Origin: a virus
Taxonomy: Duplodnaviria > Caudoviricetes
IMG/VR virus record: IMGVR_UViG_2846856033_000001
Span: 1 to 64,000 of that record
Strand: one strand, 5' to 3'
DNA length: 64,000 bases
Program-made: the position numbers and the translations under genes
Part shown: in pieces, positions 56,945-64,000 of the stretch
Layout of the letters: each line of letters opens with the position of its first letter
Numbering within the stretch: position 1 is the stretch's first letter
The notes under the pieces: generated by a model
What the model was told of the DNA's origin: nothing
The model's input: the letters and a program-made list of their open reading frames with translations, nothing else
The model's database searches: none

Positions 56945-57496
56945 ATGGCGAAAGACGGCACCTGCAGAGGCGGCGCTCGTGTTGGTGCGGGCGCAAAAAA
57001 GAAGCCGCTCGCCGATAAGATTACAGCCGGAAACCCCGGTGGCAGAAAACTGACAGTGATGGAGTTTTCCGACACAGCCGACCTTCAAGGTCAGGCAATG
57101 CCGGAGCCAAACAAAATGCTTGAAGCCGTACAAAAGGATGGCAAGACACTCGTGGCAGCTGATATCTATAAAAACACATGGCAGTGGCTGAACCAGCGCG
57201 GCTGTGCAGCACTCATCTCTCCACAGCTTTTAGAGCGTTATGCCATGAGCGTGGCTCGGTGGATTCAGTGCGAGGAGTGCATCTCCGAGTACGGTTTTCT
57301 GGCGAAGCACCCCACCACGGGCAATGCGATACAGAGTCCGTATGTGGCGATGAGCCAGAATTTCATGACGCAGACCAACCGCCTATGGTATGAGATTTTC
57401 CAAATTGTGAAAGACAACTGCACCGGCGAATACAGCGGAGCCAATCCGCAGGACGATGTGATGGAGCGGCTTTTGACTGCTCGGAAAGGGAAATAA
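56945..57496 (+). CDS. Terminase small subunit (P27 family)
   Basis: RGGARVGAG.K, LERYA....RW, HPTTG..I.SPYV. Confidence 0.85.
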   Translation: MAKDGTCRGGARVGAGAKKKPLADKITAGNPGGRKLTVMEFSDTADLQGQAMPEPNKMLEAVQKDGKTLVAADIYKNTWQWLNQRGCAALISPQLLERYAMSVARWIQCEECISEYGFLAKHPTTGNAIQSPYVAMSQNFMTQTNRLWYEIFQIVKDNCTGEYSGANPQDDVMERLLTARKGK

Positions 57497-57497
57497 T

Positions 57498-58676
57498 ATG
57501 ACTACTTACAAAACAGCAGAAAGCGTATGCGCCGGACACCCGGATAAGCTGTGCGACATCATTGCCGACAGCATTCTTGACGCCTGTCTGCGCAAAGACA
57601 AATCATCCCGTGTTGCCTGTGAGGTCATGGCAACCAAGGGCAAAATTATCGTTGCGGGCGAGATCACCTGCGACGGCAAAGTCGACATCCGCTGGGAGGT
57701 GCGTGAAGTCCTCCGCAAGGTCGGATACAATCCGTGGAAGTTCACAGTTTTCGTGTTCGTCCATAAACAGAGCAGGGATATCGATGCCGGAGTGACTACT
57801 GCCCTCGAAGCCCGAAACGGCAGTGAGGAACGCTATGCCTCCATCGGTGCGGGCGACCAAGGCACCGTCTACGGTTACGCCACAAACGAAACCCGCGAGA
57901 TGCTTCCACTCCCGCTGGTACTGGCGCATCGCATCGTGAAGCGCCTTGACACCGTCCGCAAGGACAAAATTGTGAAAGGCATTTTGCCGGACGGCAAAGC
58001 GCAGGTCACGGTCGAATATGAGGACGGAAAGCCCAAGCATGTGAAAACGATTGTGGTCTCCGTTCAGTACGACAAGAATAAAACGCAGGTGCAGCTTTAC
58101 TCCGACATTAAGCAAAATGTTCTGTGGCAGTGCTTTGAGGACTTTCCCTTTGACGATGAAACAGAAATCCTCATCAATCCCTCCGGCAGATTTGTCGAGG
58201 GCGGACCCGCCGCCGATACAGGCTTGACGGGCAGAAAGATGATGGTGGACACCTACGGGGGGCTTGCTCTTCATGGCGGAGGTGCGTTTTCCGGCAAAGA
58301 CCCCACCAAGGTCGACCGCAGCGGCGCTTACATGGCGCGGTACATCGCAAAAAATATCGTATGGAGCGACTTGGCTGAAAGATGCGAGGTCGCTCTTTCT
58401 TATGCCATTGGCAAAGCTGACCCCGTGGCGGTTAATATTAACGCCTTCGGCACGAGTGCGCTGACCGATGAGCAGCTACGAGAGATTGTGCTGTCTGTGT
58501 TCAACCTGCGCCCGGCGGCAATCATTGAAAAACTGCGTTTGCGCAATGCGATATACGAGGACACGTCGGTATACGGACATTTCAATTCCTGTCTCTTCCC
58601 GTGGGAGGATTACGATAGGTACAAAGAAATCAGAAAGGCGGCGGAGAAATATGCTGATAGAAAAGATTCAGACTGA
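57498..58676 (+). CDS. metK: S-adenosylmethionine synthetase
   Basis: ESV..GHPDK.CD, GAGDQG, GLTGRK, GGGAFSGKD. Confidence 0.95.
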   Translation: MTTYKTAESVCAGHPDKLCDIIADSILDACLRKDKSSRVACEVMATKGKIIVAGEITCDGKVDIRWEVREVLRKVGYNPWKFTVFVFVHKQSRDIDAGVTTALEARNGSEERYASIGAGDQGTVYGYATNETREMLPLPLVLAHRIVKRLDTVRKDKIVKGILPDGKAQVTVEYEDGKPKHVKTIVVSVQYDKNKTQVQLYSDIKQNVLWQCFEDFPFDDETEILINPSGRFVEGGPAADTGLTGRKMMVDTYGGLALHGGGAFSGKDPTKVDRSGAYMARYIAKNIVWSDLAERCEVALSYAIGKADPVAVNINAFGTSALTDEQLREIVLSVFNLRPAAIIEKLRLRNAIYEDTSVYGHFNSCLFPWEDYDRYKEIRKAAEKYADRKDSD

Positions 58677-59892
58677 TCGGCTCATCCCCGCCGATTACAA
58701 TCCCCGCAAAGACCTCAAGCCAGGAGACCCGGAATATGAAAAGCTGAAACGCTCGCTTGAGGAGTTCGGTTATGTTGAACCCGTTATATGGAATAAGATC
58801 ACCTCTCATGTCGTCGGCGGTCACCAGCGTCTGAAGGTGCTGCTCGACATGGGCATCACCGAGGTCGAGTGCGTGGTGGTCGAGATGGATGCCGAAAAGG
58901 AAAAGGCACTCAATGTTGCGCTCAATAAAATAAGCGGCGATTGGGATAAGGATAAGCTGGCTCTGCTCATCGCGGATTTGCAAGGCGCGGACTTTGATGT
59001 TTCGTTCACAGGCTTCGACCCCGGAGAGATTGACGATCTTTTTAAGGATAGCTTGAAAGACGGTATCAAAGATGACGATTTTGATGTGGACGCGGAACTG
59101 CAAAATCCAGCCGTCACCAAGCCCGGCGACGTGTGGCTGCTCGGTCGGCATCGGCTTGTCTGCGGCGATTCAACCAAAGCCGACACCTTTACCGCTCTGA
59201 TGGATGGGAAGCTGGCAAATCTGGTTGTGACCGACCCTCCGTACAATGTCAACTATGAAGGAACGGCGGGCAAAATCAAAAACGACAATATGGAAAGCGG
59301 AGCGTTCTATGACTTCCTGCTGGCGGCGTTTACGAACACCGAAGCGGCGATGGCGCAGGACGCTTCCATTTATGTGTTCCATGCCGACACCGAAGGTCTG
59401 AACTTCCGCAAAGCGTTCTCGGACGCGGGCTTTCAGCTTTCCGGGTGCTGCATCTGGAAAAAGCCGTCGCTGGTGCTGGGACGTTCACCCTATCAGTGGC
59501 AGCACGAGCCTGTGCTGTTCGGCTGGAAGAAAAAGGGCAAGCACAACTGGTACGCAGACCGCAAGCAGACGACCATCTGGGAATTTGAGAAGCCGAAGAA
59601 AAATGCCGACCACCCCACCATGAAGCCGATTGCGCTCCTGGCATATCCCATTATGAACAGCAGTCTCACAAACTGCATCGTGCTCGACCCCTTCGGCGGC
59701 TCCGGCAGTACGCTGATTGCCTGCGAGCAGTCGGACAGAATCTGCTTCACCATCGAACTGGATGAAAAATACTGTGATGTTATTGTAAAGCGATATATTG
59801 AGCAGGCCGACGGTGCTGACGGTGTGTCCGTACTACGCGACGGGTTAACTTATAAATATGACGAGTTGCTGAAGGTGAAGCCGGATGAGTAA
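58651..59892 (+). CDS. ParB-like domain fused to N6/N4 DNA methyltransferase
   Basis: YNPR...GGHQR ParB; DPPY, HPTMKP, DPFGGSG. Confidence 0.92.
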   Translation: MLIEKIQTDRLIPADYNPRKDLKPGDPEYEKLKRSLEEFGYVEPVIWNKITSHVVGGHQRLKVLLDMGITEVECVVVEMDAEKEKALNVALNKISGDWDKDKLALLIADLQGADFDVSFTGFDPGEIDDLFKDSLKDGIKDDDFDVDAELQNPAVTKPGDVWLLGRHRLVCGDSTKADTFTALMDGKLANLVVTDPPYNVNYEGTAGKIKNDNMESGAFYDFLLAAFTNTEAAMAQDASIYVFHADTEGLNFRKAFSDAGFQLSGCCIWKKPSLVLGRSPYQWQHEPVLFGWKKKGKHNWYADRKQTTIWEFEKPKKNADHPTMKPIALLAYPIMNSSLTNCIVLDPFGGSGSTLIACEQSDRICFTIELDEKYCDVIVKRYIEQADGADGVSVLRDGLTYKYDELLKVKPDE

Positions 59893-62509
59893 ACCTCTAT
59901 ATCATGTTGTTTCGCTATCCGGCGGCAAAGACAGTACCGCAATGCTCCTCGGCATGATTGAACGCGGAATGCAAATCGATTGTATTCTCTTCTGCGATAC
60001 CGGGCTTGAGTTTCCTGCGATGTACGATCATCTGGAAAGACTTGAGCGGGATATCGGCAGATTAATTACACGGATACGCTGCGGGCAGTCATACGAGTAT
60101 CTGATGTTCGACACCCCGGTCAAACGAAAAACCGATACGCAGTTTTCTCAGAAATATGGAAACATTCATACCGGCTACGGGTGGGCGGGACCAAAGATGC
60201 GATGGTGTACGGCAAAGCTGAAAGACGGACCTCGAGAACGGTTTCTGCGGCCGCTGCGGGACAAGTATGACGTTATCGAGTACATCGGCATCGCAGCGGA
60301 CGAAGGCTATCGTCTGGAACGCAAACGCAATAAAAACATCTGTCATGTGCACCCGCTTGTCGACTGGGGTATGACTGAATCGGACTGTCTCCGTTATTGT
60401 TATTACCACGGCTATGACTGGGATGGTTTGTATGAGCATTTCAAGCGTGTGTCCTGCTGGTGCTGTCCGCTACAGTCGCTTTCTGAACTGCGGCAGCTAT
60501 ATAATCATTACCCGGAACTATGGGCAAACCTTAAAGATTGGGATAAACGGACATGGAGAAAATTTCGCGCCGACTATAGTGTGGAAGAACTCGAAGCCCG
60601 TTTTATTTTTGAAGAACAGCGTCTTGCGGATGGGCTTCCCATCAAAGGCAAGGCGTTTTTTAATGAACTAAAAAACGTCTGGAGGCGACCGCCGATGAAT
60701 AAGCTCACCCTCGGCTCTCTTTTTGATGGCTCCGGCGGCTTTCCGCTCGGTGGTCTGCTCTGCGGCATCGAACCGCTGTGGGCTTCGGAGATTGAGCCGT
60801 TCCCGATACGGGTAACGACCAAACGGATACCGCAGATGAAGCACTACGGTGATGTTTCCTCGCTAAACGGCGCGAATTTGCCACCGGTGGATATTATAAC
60901 TTTCGGTTCGCCCTGTACCGATATGTCCGTCGCCGGGAAAAGAGTCGGTCTGGACGGAAGCCAATCCGTCCTTTTTTATGAAGCGATACGAATTATAAAG
61001 GAAATGAGGTGCAAGACCAATGGCAGATACCCAAGATACGCCGTGTGGGAAAACGTCCCCGGCGCATTCAGTTCAAACCAAGGGGCCGATTTCAAGGCAG
61101 TCCTTGAAGCGGTCGTCAGCGTCACCGGGCAAAACACCGAGGTGCCTGCGCCTGACAACGGGCGGTGGCCTTACGCCGACTGCTACATGGGAGACGGATG
61201 GAGCGTTGCTTACAGAACTATCGACGCGCAATATTTCGGAGTACCCCAGCGCCGCCGCAGAATCTACCTTGTCGCGGATTTTGCAGGCGAATGTGCCGGA
61301 GAAATACTATTTGAGCCGGAAGGCGTGTCAAGGGATTTTGCGCCGTGCGGCAGCCCGTGGCAAAGAACTGCCGGAGATGCTGAGAACGGCTCTGGAACAA
61401 CAGGCAGCGGCATAACCTGCCTGAACGACCAAGGCGGTGACCGTATGGATATCACCGAAGATACGACGGCTACGCTCCGCGCCGAAGCCCATCACCCGCC
61501 CTGCGTGATGCAGTCGAGCGGTTTCTGCACAGAGCACAGCGCCAAAAGCCGAAGCGTCGGCTATGAAGAGGAACGCTCTCCCACGCTCCGTGCGGGGATT
61601 GTGCCGGGTGTCGCGATCGAAAACCATCCCACCGACGGTCGTGTCAAGGTTTCGGAAGACGGCATGGTGCAGACGCTCACTTCCCGTATGGGTACGGGCG
61701 GCATGAACACTCCGCTTGTACTGGACACGCCGAAAACGTTGAAAATTCGTTCCGGCTGTGTGGGTGGTGGCAAAGGCGCGCTGATTCAAGACGATATGTC
61801 CGCAACCCTCGGCTGTAACAATGACCAGACTGTTTTTGTTCCGACCGCTTACGGTATCTGTTCTGATAAGAGCAATTCCATGATGTCGGATAATCCTCAC
61901 AGCGGCATTTACAAAGCGGACACATCCCGCACCATCGATGCAAACGGCGGCAACCCCAGCTGCAATCAAGGCGGTATCGCCGTGGTTGCCTTGCAGGGTT
62001 CCATGATTGGACGCGAGGATGAAAACGGTCCCCAGGGCAGTGGCATTGATGAAAATGTGTCTTTCACATTAAATACGGTCGACCGCCACGCCATCGCCTA
62101 TGCTATGACCACAGGCAGCTTTGCACAGGTAACGGAGGAAAAATCGCCAACGCTCATGTCGCGTGACTATAAAGACCCTCCGCTTGTTAACCAGCCGGAC
62201 TACATCGTCCGCAGGCTGACGCCAACTGAATGCGCCCGGCTTCAAGGCTTCCCGGACGGCTGGTGCGCCGGTCTCGGCACGGATAACCCAACCGAGGATG
62301 AAATCGCGTTCTGGGCTGAGGTTTGGGAAACTCACCGCCGTATCATCGGCACAAGCGAAAAGCCCAAGAGCCGCAATCAGATTATCAAATGGCTGAACAA
62401 CCCGCACTCCGATGCCGCCGAATACAAGATGTGGGGCAATGGCGTGGCGCTGCCGTGTGTTTGCTTTGTACTTACAGGGATTGTGTCGTCTACACAAGAA
62501 ACCGCTTGA
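59885..62509 (+). CDS. PAPS-reductase-family domain in frame with a DNA (cytosine-5) methyltransferase; separate MTase start at 60695
   Basis: SGGKDS, DTG.E, RWC...K, RVSCWCCP; then LGSLFDGSGG, GSPC, ENV, PQRRRR, RRLTP.EC.RLQGF, GNGV. Confidence 0.85.
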   Translation: MSKPLYHVVSLSGGKDSTAMLLGMIERGMQIDCILFCDTGLEFPAMYDHLERLERDIGRLITRIRCGQSYEYLMFDTPVKRKTDTQFSQKYGNIHTGYGWAGPKMRWCTAKLKDGPRERFLRPLRDKYDVIEYIGIAADEGYRLERKRNKNICHVHPLVDWGMTESDCLRYCYYHGYDWDGLYEHFKRVSCWCCPLQSLSELRQLYNHYPELWANLKDWDKRTWRKFRADYSVEELEARFIFEEQRLADGLPIKGKAFFNELKNVWRRPPMNKLTLGSLFDGSGGFPLGGLLCGIEPLWASEIEPFPIRVTTKRIPQMKHYGDVSSLNGANLPPVDIITFGSPCTDMSVAGKRVGLDGSQSVLFYEAIRIIKEMRCKTNGRYPRYAVWENVPGAFSSNQGADFKAVLEAVVSVTGQNTEVPAPDNGRWPYADCYMGDGWSVAYRTIDAQYFGVPQRRRRIYLVADFAGECAGEILFEPEGVSRDFAPCGSPWQRTAGDAENGSGTTGSGITCLNDQGGDRMDITEDTTATLRAEAHHPPCVMQSSGFCTEHSAKSRSVGYEEERSPTLRAGIVPGVAIENHPTDGRVKVSEDGMVQTLTSRMGTGGMNTPLVLDTPKTLKIRSGCVGGGKGALIQDDMSATLGCNNDQTVFVPTAYGICSDKSNSMMSDNPHSGIYKADTSRTIDANGGNPSCNQGGIAVVALQGSMIGREDENGPQGSGIDENVSFTLNTVDRHAIAYAMTTGSFAQVTEEKSPTLMSRDYKDPPLVNQPDYIVRRLTPTECARLQGFPDGWCAGLGTDNPTEDEIAFWAEVWETHRRIIGTSEKPKSRNQIIKWLNNPHSDAAEYKMWGNGVALPCVCFVLTGIVSSTQETA

Positions 62510-62614
62510 TTATCGGAACATTATTCTCCACATAGATGAGCCCTGAATTGCTTGATAAATCAGGCATTTAGAGTGATATATGTATGTACCGAAAAGAGAA
62601 AGGCGGTATAAACA

Positions 62615-63277
62615 ATGACAATCAACTACAATGTAACAGGCAGCGAGCGCAAACGGCTCGTGCAAACAATCGCGGAAATTATAGAGTGCGACGCCAAATA
62701 TAAGGGCGCTCCGACCTTCGCCTACGAGGTGAACTATTTCACCATCGACAAAAACGGCGTCCTATCCTTCGACGACCGTGCCGACAGCGAGGAAATCGAA
62801 AAGCTCATCGAGGGTCTGGCGGAGCGGGGCTTTGAATTTGACGGGTACGACAAGACCGCGCTTACCATTGAAATGCCCCGCTCGTTCTTCACAGAAACGG
62901 CTCTTGAGAATCTCAGCCGAATGGTGGAAAGCAAAGGCTCGCTCATCAAAAAGGCACTGGGCGTTACCGACCTGTCTATCCTAAAGGGTGAGGAGACGGT
63001 CAGCTTCCCGTGGTTCTCCGATGCAAGCGACCCGGACGCAGTAAAGGCTTATACCCACCTTGTCACTGCGCTCTGTGAGATGGCGAAAACGCAGAAACGG
63101 GTCAGCGCGACCGACAAGCCTGTGGACAACGAAAAGTACGCCTTCCGCTGTCTCCTCCTCCGGCTCGGTTTCATCGGCTCGGAATATAAGGCGGAGCGAA
63201 AAATTCTGCTCTCAAAGCTGACAGGCAGCTCAGCGTTCAAACAGAATAACTGCAAGGCGGTGGATGAAGATGAATGA
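62615..63277 (+). CDS. Conserved phage 'virulence-related' hypothetical protein
   Basis: FPWF...NEKYAFR..LLRLGFIG..YK..RK.LL..L.G.SAF. Confidence 0.8.
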   Translation: MTINYNVTGSERKRLVQTIAEIIECDAKYKGAPTFAYEVNYFTIDKNGVLSFDDRADSEEIEKLIEGLAERGFEFDGYDKTALTIEMPRSFFTETALENLSRMVESKGSLIKKALGVTDLSILKGEETVSFPWFSDASDPDAVKAYTHLVTALCEMAKTQKRVSATDKPVDNEKYAFRCLLLRLGFIGSEYKAERKILLSKLTGSSAFKQNNCKAVDEDE

Positions 63278-63602
63278 GCTTCCCACCGCCTTCTTCGTTG
63301 AGTATCCATTTCGCATTGAGGACTTAATCCGTCCTCATTTATCGGAATGGGTGAAACCGTATATAGTGGAAAAGGAAATTAGGCTCGGTAAAATTGATTA
63401 CGAAAACTTTATAACCGACTTATGTGTTGACAGATGGTTTATAGAAAAATACACGAATCTTTGTAGCATAGACGAAAACGGAGTTTGGCATTGTGTTTTG
63501 GTAAGGCAAAAAGGAAAATCCGAGGGCGTGTTGGTTATGTCGGAAGGTAGAGTTTTTCCTAAATGGGCTGCGTATTTGCCAAGTGAGGAGGTAGCTGAAT
63601 GA
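63264..63602 (+). CDS. Hypothetical phage protein
   Basis: IDYENFITDL..DR.FI...P.WAAY. Confidence 0.65.
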   Translation: MKMNELPTAFFVEYPFRIEDLIRPHLSEWVKPYIVEKEIRLGKIDYENFITDLCVDRWFIEKYTNLCSIDENGVWHCVLVRQKGKSEGVLVMSEGRVFPKWAAYLPSEEVAE

Positions 63603-63829
63603 ACATACATCCTGAAATACTCAAACAATTAAGAGATTGCTTTACGCCCGGAACCCGTGTGGAGCTTATTCGTATGGACGATGTTCAGGCACCGCCCGTA
63701 GGTACAAAAGGTACGGTCGTCGGCGTGGACGACATAGGCTCCATCATGGTCAACTGGGATAACGGCAGTGGTTTGAATGTGGTATACGGCGAGGATATCT
63801 GCCGGAAGGTCGGTAACGGTGATGAATAA
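63599..63829 (+). CDS. DUF4314 protein
   Basis: GTRVEL..MDD..APP.GT.GTV..VDD.G...V.WDNGS.L. Confidence 0.85.
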   Translation: MNIHPEILKQLRDCFTPGTRVELIRMDDVQAPPVGTKGTVVGVDDIGSIMVNWDNGSGLNVVYGEDICRKVGNGDE

Positions 63830-64000
63830 TAACGTTTTACATGATTTTTATTACGGCAACATCGTCCCCAACGAAAAGCGGTTCGTGCTTAATTCTGAAT
63901 TCGGTCGCGCAGCGAAAGAAATTTCCGAAGCCGACGAGTATCTTCACTCAATATTGGACGAAGCGGGACTCGCTGTTCTGGATAAGCTCACTTCGGCGCA
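63822..64000 (+). CDS. Hypothetical phage protein, cut by the window end
   Basis: MNNNVLHDFYYGNIVPNE... open to the end. Confidence 0.6.
   Translation, partial: MNNNVLHDFYYGNIVPNEKRFVLNSEFGRAAKEISEADEYLHSILDEAGLAVLDKLTSA

Larger units (their letters stand above)
29912..64000. mobile_element. Prophage (PolA/VirE/SNF2-type, Firmicutes-like siphovirus organisation) with leftward defence cargo; right part lies outside the window
   Basis: Serine recombinase, sigma-like, DUF2800, DUF2815, PolA, antirepressor, VirE, VRR-NUC, SNF2, HNH and TerS in the usual order; left boundary approximate. Confidence 0.8.

Noticed and set aside
57498-58676. metK as a host chromosomal gene ending the prophage
   Set aside because: Coupled to terS and a phage methyltransferase, with phage-type genes continuing downstream
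59885-60700. Dnd/Ssp phosphorothioation system
   Set aside because: No cysteine desulfurase or DndD/DndE-like partners visible
1-64000. rRNA, tRNA, tmRNA, CRISPR array, transposase, reverse transcriptase
   Set aside because: None recognised by eye; covariance-model and repeat scans would be needed to exclude short or divergent cases

Overview
Mosaic accessory region with no rRNA, tRNA or CRISPR array and no clear housekeeping core. Four blocks are visible. (1) 1-~6520: remnant of an integrative element with an ImmA/ImmR-type switch, a Gp3-like protein, a truncated replication-initiator N-terminus, a GHKL-ATPase/HEXXH protein and an ArdC-type polyvalent protein; the protein style suggests a Dehalococcoidia-like host (inference only). 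(2) ~7100-18370: co-oriented mobile-element cargo of many small genes, a beta sliding clamp, a PRTRC-like ubiquitin-like cassette (Ubl, E2, JAB, E1/ThiF) and an LPD29 protein, interspersed with long fold-back non-coding segments and showing a few frameshifts. (3) 18481-~29910: leftward defence cluster (WYL regulator, DUF2779-type nuclease, PglZ C-terminal half fused by deletion to a RadC-like N-terminus, BrxL, HamA/HamB-like Hachiman pair); two promoters share a PafBC-like architecture. (4) ~29910-64000: Firmicutes-style prophage with a leftward cargo block (serine recombinase, VWA, Macro-HTH, putative ART, GIY-YIG, LlaJI-type McrBC plus two methyltransferases) and rightward sigma-like, PolA, VirE, SNF2, HNH, TerS, MetK and methyltransferase modules running off the window. 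All family calls come from motif recognition by eye; no database search was run. Best leads: the ubiquitin-like cassette with an extended Ubl next to a sliding clamp, the WYL-controlled composite defence regulon, and the ART-Macro-VWA module.
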